Part shown: positions 17,501 to 25,562 of the stretch, piece by piece
Layout: every line of letters begins with the position of its first letter
Numbering within the stretch: the first letter of the stretch is position 1
NCBI GenBank assembly: GCA_043813075.1
Contig: JBDRLL010000010.1
Span: 64,001-128,000 of the forward strand
Length of the DNA stretch: 64,000 bases
Source: Candidatus Altiarchaeota archaeon
GTDB lineage: Archaea; Altiarchaeota; Altiarchaeia; IMC4; SCGC-AAA252-I15
Direction of reading: 5' to 3'
The notes under the pieces: model-generated
What the model saw: the letters and a program-made list of their open reading frames with translations, nothing else
Databases searched by the model: none
What the model was told of the DNA's origin: nothing
Position numbers and translations under genes: made by a program

Positions 17501-19768
17501 CGCAGCGTCAACAGCCTTGCCTGCGAGCGGGTCTCTGCCAACCTTCTCTCCTGTGTCGGCGTCCACGTTCTTGCCCATCTGTCCGCCCATCGCTTCCTGC
17601 GCCGCCTCCACACCCTTATCCTTCACGATTCCCGCACCCTTCTTAGCCCCCTTGTAGGTCCCCTTGAGCGCCCTCTGCGGCACCTTCTGTTCCATCAGCT
17701 TATTGCCGACGCTCTTTCCCATCCCCTTGATGCCGCCGGTCTTGTAGCCTTCACGGGCTGCTGAAACCAGGTCCCTGCCGCCGGTTATGCTCCGCCCGAG
17801 CGGCGATTTCTTGGCGAAGTCCGCTACCCTCCCTGGCATGTTCCTTATGCCCTGAAGCGCCCTCCCCGGCAGGTTCTTTATTCCCTCCAGCATCCTGCCT
17901 GGAGCCGCCCTGATGTTGGTCCCTAGCTTGCCTACTGAGTCTGATATGCCTTTCTTGAGGGAGACATCGGCTGCCTTGCCTGTCGCACTCATCCCTCTGA
18001 CCCCTTCCCTGCCGCCCATCTTGTATGCTGCCTTGAACGCGCCCTTCTGCATACCCTTCTCCAAACCCTTGCCAAATCCTTCCCTGAATGCTCCGCCAAC
18101 GCCCTTGCCCGCGCTCCTGGCTTTGCCAGCACTCCTCATGCCCTGTTTGAAACCGTGCCTCATGCTCCTCGGGATCACGGATTTCCCTATACTCTTCATA
18201 GCACCCTTCACAGCCTGGCCGAAACCCTTTTTAACGCCCTGTTTGACTGCTTCAGTGCCGACTTTAGCGACCACGTCTCCCGCGCCCTTGACTGCCGCGC
18301 TAGCGCCCTGTGTTACCGCCGTCGTGCCTGCCTGTATGCCTGCGGCAGTCGCCTCTCCTGCTGCGGTGCCGACTGCAACACCGGCACTCCCCCCAGTACC
18401 GCCTCCAGCACCAGCTCCCGGAGCGGCTCCGACACCAAATCCTATGGCGCCGACTCCCGCCCCAATCGCGGCTCCTATTGACGCGCCCACTGAAGTCCCA
18501 ACCAAAGCTGAAGTCAGGCTGAGCGCCTGTCCTGCGGCAGTGCTCATCGCCTGCACGCTACCCATAGCGGAATCCATGCCAGCCTGAGTGACGTCTGCCG
18601 CGGCTTTCGCACTACCCCCACCGCTCTTGCCGACGTCCAGCTCCCCGACCCCGGACTCCGAAGTCATCCCGAACTTGCTGAGCGCGGAACGCATGTCTAT
18701 CCCCGCGTTAATGTTGGCCGCCTGCTTTATCCCCGCGGCGACTACCGCTTCCGCTCCCTGCCCCTGCATTATCTCGCCTGCTGTGACAAGCCCGACGCCC
18801 GCGACGCTCGGCATCAGCTGTCCTATGGAAGTCACGATGTTGCCCAACGCGCTCAGGACTCCTGTCACCATCAAAGGCGATGCGACGATCATCGTGGTGG
18901 TCGCCAGATACAGCCATACCGCGGTCTCAGCGTTCGCCTCGCTCATCGGAGTCAGCATGAACGCCGCTGAAACGCAGAGCCATGCTGCCATGATGACTGG
19001 CGTGAATATCCATCCGATAGTCTGCTTCAGCATGTTCCTGCCCACACTCTTGGTGAAGTCGAACATGTACATCATTATGGTGAGCGGGAATATCGCGGAG
19101 TAGATGTTGACGAGTATGTACCTGAGGAACACTGTCACGAATGCAAGGATGCTTATGGTGCCTGAACACGTCATCACGTAGATGGATCCTGTGCCTGAGA
19201 ATGATGAGAACACCTTCGTCATAAGCGCGCCGTACTCCTCGGCGCCCATTATCTGCCTGTATGGGCTGCCGCTGCCCACCAGCAGCGCCTTCGTCAGGCT
19301 GTAGTTCACGTCTATCATCAGCTGCATCAATGCCGGCGCAAGCGACATCAGGATGAGTGCGACAAGCATGTTCTTCAACTGCTGTTTGGCCTTGAATCTC
19401 TCCCCCGGATTGAGCGATGATACTATGAGCTTCAGGGCAGAGTACACTATCATCAGCATGACTACTGGCAGCGCAGCCTGCATGACGACTCCGGTCAGCT
19501 GGAGCGTGTGGCCCTGGTCCACTGTCGGCTTTATCATGACTTCGGAGACAAGGATCGGGTATAAGAGTCTGTACATGTTCTCGTTGTCGAACGCCATTAT
19601 CTCCAGGGTGAATATGATGAAGAACCTCATCATGTCCATAACCCATCCGGCAAGCATCCTCGCGGTCGTGGATGCTGTGGCGTTGGTTGAAACTAGGATT
19701 ACTAGGAACAGCAGTAGCAAGGCTGCCTTTAATCTTCTGCTTACTCTGTTTATGGGAATTATTTCCAT
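14558..19768 (-). CDS. 1736-aa TrbL/VirB6-like polytopic membrane protein with long Gly/Ala-rich and repeat-containing C-terminal region
   Basis: The first ~330 aa have multiple TM helices, including ...SSLNPGERFKAKQQLKNMLVALIL...MQLMIDVN and FLRYILVNIYSAIFPL..MYMF.FTKS.G......FTPVIMA, which resemble VirB6/TrbL/CedA cores. These are followed by glycine-zipper, Lys/Gly-rich, Pro/Gly/Thr linker and charged repeat segments. Confidence 0.7.
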   Translation of the reverse strand: MEIIPINRVSRRLKAALLLLFLVILVSTNATASTTARMLAGWVMDMMRFFIIFTLEIMAFDNENMYRLLYPILVSEVMIKPTVDQGHTLQLTGVVMQAALPVVMLMIVYSALKLIVSSLNPGERFKAKQQLKNMLVALILMSLAPALMQLMIDVNYSLTKALLVGSGSPYRQIMGAEEYGALMTKVFSSFSGTGSIYVMTCSGTISILAFVTVFLRYILVNIYSAIFPLTIMMYMFDFTKSVGRNMLKQTIGWIFTPVIMAAWLCVSAAFMLTPMSEANAETAVWLYLATTTMIVASPLMVTGVLSALGNIVTSIGQLMPSVAGVGLVTAGEIMQGQGAEAVVAAGIKQAANINAGIDMRSALSKFGMTSESGVGELDVGKSGGGSAKAAADVTQAGMDSAMGSVQAMSTAAGQALSLTSALVGTSVGASIGAAIGAGVGAIGFGVGAAPGAGAGGGTGGSAGVAVGTAAGEATAAGIQAGTTAVTQGASAAVKGAGDVVAKVGTEAVKQGVKKGFGQAVKGAMKSIGKSVIPRSMRHGFKQGMRSAGKARSAGKGVGGAFREGFGKGLEKGMQKGAFKAAYKMGGREGVRGMSATGKAADVSLKKGISDSVGKLGTNIRAAPGRMLEGIKNLPGRALQGIRNMPGRVADFAKKSPLGRSITGGRDLVSAAREGYKTGGIKGMGKSVGNKLMEQKVPQRALKGTYKGAKKGAGIVKDKGVEAAQEAMGGQMGKNVDADTGEKVGRDPLAGKAVDAAKGIAGDTLMSAKGKKKGAAQTDTGGKTKTSAGTKSSGVKAPGDSSSKTGSTPTTQAKTQTAPVGGTGPAGGPAPSGTGPGTTGGGDATGTGPAPSGTGPSGPKSGSAPTGDGRTGTGGAPGSQALPNQGVFSTLFSGMSQASGISGKGALVGLGVGVGATLALAAFGAPVGAAVGGAFAGIGAAKMFSNRGGKANLGSSLGKGGLLKTFGAYMIGASMLGFGPLGGMALAGMYVAHKMGGRSLGMKGVATMALAYGVGQSLIGGHIGGALAAGYAYKKFGHHFTKGTGAEKTVTGAARVGKGMMSVGGDWMKAGLVVGLTSSAGIITGSTVLPALGYAYAGAKIGKQLGIGKGIQDVGTKTRVGRSFFQGVSREGMVGTAASMGGIAGSSKSGKMTTGQMVGSMGAYMAGKAVGVGLSGAGAYVRTSMRYAPMLVGETVATGGLNVPFRAMRGVGRGIANTGRAIVHGTSLANRKVGDTPFLRRIPFIDKNVKLGDIVSRPGGLIGAVGQVREAWRAGMDGYRGQSDLNRVGALRGNTQAQQDLKGIGVSNASELHDRLNGPEDRRAPVQAILGKHGLNEDTVRRQAGAVSGQTARSAVFGKDATRVGRPDHMSMGEVKWAARRRYEQGDGKTGPAWDEAAAKKKYEGENKGKKWGDLDAADRKGRYLSPDQRKGLIKQEMGWRRNTEAGYDSKQAYRDAKGKYEHDNPGKKWDDLNPDQKRQHANDMHYSKTGRDMPDHISRPVEGANADHAKGVRDEYGKQDASKFKNDDERWGAAADSYASSSGVDRDKISDASIGEARRQETYASNPLYGNQDEVRGTSVRGSDLGQAKGVRDEYGKLKADDYKDDGARWDAAKANYEKASGNTVGDATMKEAQRQETYDPSKGSYEQPAAKPAAGAAAAGAGSKDTSTETPGTAKEPSKEGAGGEGEEDPRARERRLSNVKHEMLYRGSRRRPQKESVGKWLEDNVAGEGEEGGQ
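14852..15580 (-). repeat. Internal protein repeats in the tail of the 1736-aa protein
   Basis: AKGVRDEYGK...D..RW.AA...Y...SG...DA...EA.RQETY occurs twice (15080-15244 and 14852-15007). AK.KYE..N.GKKW.DL also occurs twice. Confidence 0.85.
17208..17290. repeat. 23-bp direct repeat encoding GPAPSGTG
   Basis: CCAGTACCGCTTGGGGCAGGGCC at 17208-17230 and 17268-17290, 60 bp apart. Confidence 0.9.
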
Positions 19769-19796
19769 GTTATGGGCATTTCAGCGGATGGCCGAC

Positions 19797-19840
19797 ATAT
19801 ACTGGTTATAATATATATGATAATATATTATATAGCATTG
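19797..19840 (-). promoter_or_regulatory. Probable TATA-containing promoter of the 1736-aa gene
   Basis: Nearly pure AT tract (CTATATAATATATTATCATATATATTATAA on the minus strand) in otherwise GC-rich DNA. Confidence 0.5.
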
Positions 19841-19847
19841 GTTAGGC

Positions 19848-20273
19848 CTATTTCTTGCCCATGAGCTCGTCCCAGGCGTCCTGGAAGTCCATTGCCCTTC
19901 CGCTGAAGAACCTGTATGCCATCAGCGCTGCTAATGCCACCAGGAAGACCCATGCGTTGTTGCAGCAGTAGTCTGTGGTTAGCGTGTTGGTCACCGGTAT
20001 GACGTACCAGTATATCAGGGACTCGTATGCTCCGCTGTCTGAGTCGAGCTTCAGCGACAGTGTGATGTCCATGCCCAAGTCCCTCTCCAATTCTATCTCA
20101 CTTCCTATGGGATACCATCCGCTCTTGTTGGAGTATGGCGCCTCGAATTTGACGTAGACGTAGTATGGGGGGGTGGGTGCTGTGGCGTGGACGCTGTCGA
20201 TGACCTCCAGTATCATGAATGCGGCGAACACTAGCGCCACCATCCTAATCATCTTTTGTCCGTCTTTCATCAT
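19848..20273 (-). CDS. Small exported membrane-anchored protein
   Basis: ATGA overlap with the stop of the 1502-aa gene. N-terminal signal-like helix (..VHA) and a C-terminal TM after YCC. Confidence 0.7.
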   Translation of the reverse strand: MMKDGQKMIRMVALVFAAFMILEVIDSVHATAPTPPYYVYVKFEAPYSNKSGWYPIGSEIELERDLGMDITLSLKLDSDSGAYESLIYWYVIPVTNTLTTDYCCNNAWVFLVALAALMAYRFFSGRAMDFQDAWDELMGKK

Positions 20274-23200
20274 CCGTACTCCGTCCCGTCGCACAGGTCT
20301 TCAGCCTTTATCTTCACCTTTATTTTAGTGCCCGAACTAGTTACCTCTGGCTTGGGCTTCAGCTCATGCACCTTCTTGACGAAGCATTGCACTCCGCCCT
20401 TGCTGCAGTCGACGTCGTCCTCGCATTCCTTCTCCTGCGGGTCTGACATGAACGGCTGCAGCTTCACGTTCCTCATGTTGGTGTGTATGGTCAGTGTTGC
20501 GTTGTCGATGTCCATGGGGTCGATCTCCCCGCTGTCGAATATCAGCGTGTAGGACTGGGGTTGTATGTCCTTGGGCTGGCACTCCTTGATGGTCTCTACA
20601 ACGCATTTATTGTTCTGCCAGTAGTATTTGACTTGGAATGTGTCCCACCAGTAAGCCTTGTATATCCCGTTCTCGCAGTAGCTCTTGTACCTGCTCGGGC
20701 TCTTCTCGCAGTTCAGGAAGTCCAGTTTTGACACGGTGGGGTCCACCACGTCCCTGCATTTGTCCTCGCTTATGGGCCATCCATCCTTCCATTTGCACAC
20801 CACACCGCCGGACGGCAATACAGTCCTCGTGCTCGTCTCGTCATTGCACTTGTTCTTCTCTTCCTCGCTGATCTGCTGGTGGTCGCAGTATGGCGCGTAT
20901 TTCACGAACGCCACCTTGAATTGGCATCCTACGCAGGACTCCTCCTGCTCCACGTTCATCACAGCGTGCGGCTGGTTCAGGAAGTGCCTTCCGAACTCCT
21001 CTGAAGGCCTCGGGTGCATTGTTATGGCCTCGAAGTCCCACGTCCTCTTCTCGTCGTACCTGTAGTTCCTGTATAGTCTGAGGTTGTACCACCAGTCTTG
21101 TATGAAGTAGATGCACTCCGGGTCTGCCTTGTCCACGGCGAGTACGTCCCTAGCCCACGTGTACGTGGAGGTGAGCGCGTTGAACTGGTCGTAGTAGAGG
21201 AGGTACTCCCTGTGGGGGTTGTAGTTGCCTATATAGTATACTGGGTCTTGGGCGGTGCTCTCCCCACCGAACCCGAGGAAGCCCCACGTGTTTATCTTTG
21301 TCGTGTCTTTAACGCACTTCTTCTCGTCGTAGCTGTCCCCCCTTATGAACCCGTGGAATTCGGCGAGCCTATGGCCTGAACCCTTTGGTATCAGGTCGTA
21401 GTCCCATCTCATGGCGCTTTCCAGTCCTGTCAGCTCGTGTATCAGCGGGAGGTTGCTTTTTGTGAATGCTAGTCTCGTCCTCTCTGGGACATCGAGCTCG
21501 AACCCGTTCAGCAGGTCTATGTATTCGTCGTCCAACGCCTGTATCGTCAGGTATCCTATGGCCCTGGTGTAGTTTATCGTATAATCGTCGGAAGCCGCCT
21601 TTTCCGGAGTCTTGTACCTTATCTCCCCGTAGACTTTCACGTCCACGTGCGGTGCCTGCACTGTCAGCGGCCTCGCTATCTCCAGGTGGCTTCCGTAGGG
21701 TTCCGCGGTGACGACTGATATGTCCTCCATCTCCTCGTACGCTATGCACTCGTCTCTCTGGCATTCCTCAGGGTATGCAGGACCCTCGTAGTCAGGCCCC
21801 TTTTCCGGAGGCATCCTGGCGTTATCGTCATTCCTGTCGTATGTGGCAGGGTAGTAGTCGTCAAGGCCCCTGTGGTGCCAGCATCCCCAGCAGTGCTCGT
21901 GGCAGTAGCATTCATCGTACATCTCACACCATATCTCCTCGTCTGAACCGCAGTATTCGCCTGAACACAGGCACTCCTGGTTGTTCGCATCGCACTTGTT
22001 GTTCTGCCTCCAGCAGCAGCACGGTCTGATGCATGTGTTCTTGTATACTCCGCCCAGGTTAACATTGTATATCTTGCCGTCGTCTTCCCCGCCGACCTTC
22101 CTGCACGTCTTGTAGCCGTGCCTTATGAACCATGAGTCGACTTCCAGCCTGCTGCACCCGTGCCACATGCATTGTTCCACGTAAGCCCTCCTGTTCATGT
22201 AGTTGCGTATCGTGAATGTGGTCGTCACCTCCAGGCTCTTGGCTCTCGTGCATATCTCTGTCCCCAGTATCTCATAGTTCAGCACGGTCCAAGGGTCTGT
22301 CGGCTGGGGCAGGTCGTTCTCGTGCTCTGGTCTGTCTCTCGGGTTTGTTATGGCATTGCATGGGTTGGGGTTTATGCTGTACGTGAACCATGATTCAGGA
22401 GCCTTCTCGCTCGGGTCGGTGACCGGGTCCTTATTGACTGGATACGGGTAGTAATCCACCTGCTTCATCTTCAAGGCCCCGCAAGACTGGGGAATCAAGT
22501 CCGTGTTCACGTCGACTATCCCAGGCTCGACGTACGAGTCGTGGTCGTCATAGCCTCCCTTGCAGTTGGGAGGCCTCTGGCCCTTCGGGCATTTGCTGCA
22601 CTTGGGCGTCCAGCAGTCGGAGTCCTGGTTGCCTGGCCAGTAGTCTGTCGCCCCGCAGCAGCCGTATTCAGCCAGCGGCGGCCCCTTCTCGCATGAAGTT
22701 ATGTGCCCTGAGACGTATGGGTCAGGCGTCATGCCGTTCGGCTGGTCCAGGTCCCTGTAGCAGTTGCAGTCGTAGTCGGCGCAGGCGTCCTTGCAGTTGT
22801 TTCCGTGCCTGCACCCGCACTTCCTGTTTTTGTCTGACTTCGGCTTCGCGGTGACCGGGTCAGCCCAGCCCTTCACAACACAGTAGGCCTCCTGGCCGCT
22901 GTAGCACCATGCGCCGTTGCCGCAGTACTTGTGCGTGGAGTCGCTTGTATAACTGTTTCCTATGTTCCTGGTCTCAGCCCATATGGGGCTCGGGTTCTCT
23001 ATGTATGGCCACGCGTACATGCAGTCCTTGCATTCCGGGCATGGGTCCGGATACTTCTTCCCGCCCGGGCTCCTGTCCCGCACTATGTTCGGGTCTGTCC
23101 TGCAGGCGGCCTCCCACCAGTCAGGTATCATGCCTCCCCCAGCCATGTATATCGAAATCGGGCCTCCCCCGTCGCCTGGCTCGGCTTCCGCAGTCCTGGT

Positions 23201-24778
23201 CCAAGACTTCATCCACGGGAACTTGGTTATGTCAGTGGCTGTCCCTGGCGCAGTAACCTTAGTGCACGTCTTCCCGTCCCACAGGTATCCTGCCTCGCTC
23301 TCAGGGCACTGGCCCATCAGCTGGTCGCTTATGTCCGGGCAGCAGGCGGAGTCGTTCAGGTTCGTGTATATGTTGTCCAGGCACTTGTATCCTGTCATGC
23401 ATTCGCTGTCGTCCTTGCAATGGCCTTCCTCAAATATGCACTTCACACCCCACCTGGCTATCTTCTTCTTGCAGTAGTCCTGGTCAGTCCTCTTCGCGTC
23501 GTTGACTCCGTTCGCCATGCAGCATTCCCTGGTGAGGTCGTATTCAGTACCCCTCGGACAGCAGTGGCCGAAGTTCTTTTTATCAGAGTCTATGGAACAG
23601 TACCTTGAGTTGCAGTCAGAGTCCTCCCTGCACGGGCCTTCCGCTATGCCCAGGAGGTATGTCCCGTCGTCCTGTAGGGCGGGGCCTGTCGGGGGCACGC
23701 ATTGTACCTCGTAGACGGAGTCTATGAATGACTCGTCCTCCACCCGGATGTAGTGTTCTCCTGTGACCGGCATGTTGACTTCAGGGCTTATCTTGAATAT
23801 GTTGGCCCACACGGTGTTTATGTTGAACATCCGGTAGTATCTCAGGTCGTAGTTGAAGCATAGGGCCGGGCATGTGTTGTGCCTTCTGCACGCCTCGCAC
23901 GGCTGGTGCTGGAGGCTCTTTGGCCTGCAGTAGTGGTCTCTCGGGTTCTCGCAGCCTGGAAGCTCCACCTGGTCGCAGTTGATTACGCCGTATCCAGCGC
24001 CTCCCGCAAGGCCTGACAGGTCTCCAAGGTATGAGGACCCGTAGTCGAAGTCTGTGGTGTGCAGTTCGTCGTCCACGTCCTCGAAGTCCCACCCGTATCC
24101 CGGCCGCGTGCCGTCGACGTGGGACATCCAGGCTGGGTTGTAGTCTGTGGGAGTTATCTCCCAGTACCTGTCTTTGACGGAGTCGGAGAGTATTATGGTG
24201 GGTCTAGTCGGGCTGGGGTCGTCGTAGTCCTTCACCCTGTCCTGGAGTATTCCGGTTCCACCCACTTTGTCTGCTCCAACACCTCCGCCGTAGATGTTCA
24301 GGGGGTCGCATCCGTAGGGGTACGTGTGGTCGTCGTTCACGTCCGACGACTTGTCCGGCTTGCCTGTGTTTGGTGTCGCATCCCTGTACAGCGGGTATCC
24401 GTCGTACAGCATCGCGTTCTCCCAGCACTGGGGTATGGGCGGCAGGGTCGTCGTTGATATGGTTATGGTCGTTAGGGTGCATATTGTGTCGTGGTAGCAG
24501 CATTCCGGGTGTGGGGTTCCTCCAGCATCCTCGCAGCAGCCGCTGTTCCTGCACATCGGGCTGGCGCACCCAAGGTGGCTGCAGTTGTCCTTCGCGGAAA
24601 GAGGCGGAGACCAGAAGGAGCACCCGTAATGGTAGCAGCATCCAACCACGTCCTCCGGGGTTATCACGACTAATGCCAGCACGAGGATTACTCCAATCAA
24701 GATGGGTATCCTATAGTCTAGGGTAATCCTCCGCCAGCCATGTTTCCTCCCCGCCATATCGCTTAAGCTATTAGTCAT
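20270..24778 (-). CDS. 1502-aa Cys-rich secreted or membrane-anchored protein of unknown function
   Basis: N-terminal hydrophobic segment IPILIGVILVLALVVI, a Thr-rich linker, dozens of Cys including CC and CCC, and recurrent C-x2-D-S-[DE]-C...CCP modules. Confidence 0.85.
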   Translation of the reverse strand: MTNSLSDMAGRKHGWRRITLDYRIPILIGVILVLALVVITPEDVVGCCYHYGCSFWSPPLSAKDNCSHLGCASPMCRNSGCCEDAGGTPHPECCYHDTICTLTTITISTTTLPPIPQCWENAMLYDGYPLYRDATPNTGKPDKSSDVNDDHTYPYGCDPLNIYGGGVGADKVGGTGILQDRVKDYDDPSPTRPTIILSDSVKDRYWEITPTDYNPAWMSHVDGTRPGYGWDFEDVDDELHTTDFDYGSSYLGDLSGLAGGAGYGVINCDQVELPGCENPRDHYCRPKSLQHQPCEACRRHNTCPALCFNYDLRYYRMFNINTVWANIFKISPEVNMPVTGEHYIRVEDESFIDSVYEVQCVPPTGPALQDDGTYLLGIAEGPCREDSDCNSRYCSIDSDKKNFGHCCPRGTEYDLTRECCMANGVNDAKRTDQDYCKKKIARWGVKCIFEEGHCKDDSECMTGYKCLDNIYTNLNDSACCPDISDQLMGQCPESEAGYLWDGKTCTKVTAPGTATDITKFPWMKSWTRTAEAEPGDGGGPISIYMAGGGMIPDWWEAACRTDPNIVRDRSPGGKKYPDPCPECKDCMYAWPYIENPSPIWAETRNIGNSYTSDSTHKYCGNGAWCYSGQEAYCVVKGWADPVTAKPKSDKNRKCGCRHGNNCKDACADYDCNCYRDLDQPNGMTPDPYVSGHITSCEKGPPLAEYGCCGATDYWPGNQDSDCWTPKCSKCPKGQRPPNCKGGYDDHDSYVEPGIVDVNTDLIPQSCGALKMKQVDYYPYPVNKDPVTDPSEKAPESWFTYSINPNPCNAITNPRDRPEHENDLPQPTDPWTVLNYEILGTEICTRAKSLEVTTTFTIRNYMNRRAYVEQCMWHGCSRLEVDSWFIRHGYKTCRKVGGEDDGKIYNVNLGGVYKNTCIRPCCCWRQNNKCDANNQECLCSGEYCGSDEEIWCEMYDECYCHEHCWGCWHHRGLDDYYPATYDRNDDNARMPPEKGPDYEGPAYPEECQRDECIAYEEMEDISVVTAEPYGSHLEIARPLTVQAPHVDVKVYGEIRYKTPEKAASDDYTINYTRAIGYLTIQALDDEYIDLLNGFELDVPERTRLAFTKSNLPLIHELTGLESAMRWDYDLIPKGSGHRLAEFHGFIRGDSYDEKKCVKDTTKINTWGFLGFGGESTAQDPVYYIGNYNPHREYLLYYDQFNALTSTYTWARDVLAVDKADPECIYFIQDWWYNLRLYRNYRYDEKRTWDFEAITMHPRPSEEFGRHFLNQPHAVMNVEQEESCVGCQFKVAFVKYAPYCDHQQISEEEKNKCNDETSTRTVLPSGGVVCKWKDGWPISEDKCRDVVDPTVSKLDFLNCEKSPSRYKSYCENGIYKAYWWDTFQVKYYWQNNKCVVETIKECQPKDIQPQSYTLIFDSGEIDPMDIDNATLTIHTNMRNVKLQPFMSDPQEKECEDDVDCSKGGVQCFVKKVHELKPKPEVTSSGTKIKVKIKAEDLCDGTEYG

Positions 24779-24781
24779 GCT

Positions 24782-25546
24782 CTACCAAAACCTCTCCTCA
24801 TCCCGATTATAGTATATCCTGCACCCGTACCAGTCCTTTGTCGCGCAGTCCACGCACAAGTCCCTCTTCCACGCAACATCCGGCCCGCCAACTATGCCGT
24901 CACAGTACGACTCATCCCTGTTGACCATGGCCTTGCAGTAGTATCCTAACCCCTCCTCACCCATCCTATCGCATAATCCGAGGGCTTCCTCCATGTTGTC
25001 CTGCCCGTGCGTGAGTATGTTGTTCATCAGGCACATGCTCCTCAAGTACAGCGGCTCATAGTCCTCTAGCCTTTCGCACAGGTCAGTGACTTCATCAATG
25101 CTTATGTTCCTCTTGCTCATCACGTCCTTGTAGCATTCATACGCCCTCGTAGTATCATTCTTGAACAGGGAGCATCCCTCAGGATACTGGACTGAGTAGT
25201 GTCTGACGCAGGCGTCGTAGGACGCCATCTCGGTTAGCGCGCTGCATACGTTGACGTTCCCCTCCCTTATGGCGAGCTCGGTGTAGCAGTCCAACGCTTC
25301 GAAGCCTGATATGCTGTTGCATGACTCGTGTGATATCTCATACCTCCTGTCTATGCTGGACGCGTACGCCTGCGTGTAGTAACTCAACGTAGTGCTGGTC
25401 TCGGAAACCGCACCTGAAGCCACCTTGCCCAACGTCTTCTCAGACCCTGACTTGTCTGACCTAACGAACATGAAGACCACGAGTATCACTGTGAACAACG
25501 CCAGTAAGGCGATGCTCCCCACACTCGTCTTCCCCCTGTTTGACAT
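24782..25546 (-). CDS. Membrane-anchored Cys-repeat protein
   Basis: ATG at 25546 follows a GAGGAGGT SD. Single N-terminal TM, then repeated helical Cys-pair units (CNSISGFEALDCYTELA...CSALTEMASYDAC...). Confidence 0.75.
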   Translation of the reverse strand: MSNRGKTSVGSIALLALFTVILVVFMFVRSDKSGSEKTLGKVASGAVSETSTTLSYYTQAYASSIDRRYEISHESCNSISGFEALDCYTELAIREGNVNVCSALTEMASYDACVRHYSVQYPEGCSLFKNDTTRAYECYKDVMSKRNISIDEVTDLCERLEDYEPLYLRSMCLMNNILTHGQDNMEEALGLCDRMGEEGLGYYCKAMVNRDESYCDGIVGGPDVAWKRDLCVDCATKDWYGCRIYYNRDEERFW

Positions 25547-25562
25547 CACATACCTCCTCATC

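Noticed and set aside
15318-19811. Long plus-strand ORFs (e.g. 381, 224 and 203 aa) opposite the 1736-aa gene
   Set aside because: Shadow ORFs produced by GC-rich Gly/Ala codons on the coding strand.
25500-25546. Class III (type IV pilin-like) signal peptide in MSNRG-KTSVGSIALL
   Set aside because: Lys at +1 and no typical +5 residue make it a poor match; it is treated as a simple TM anchor.
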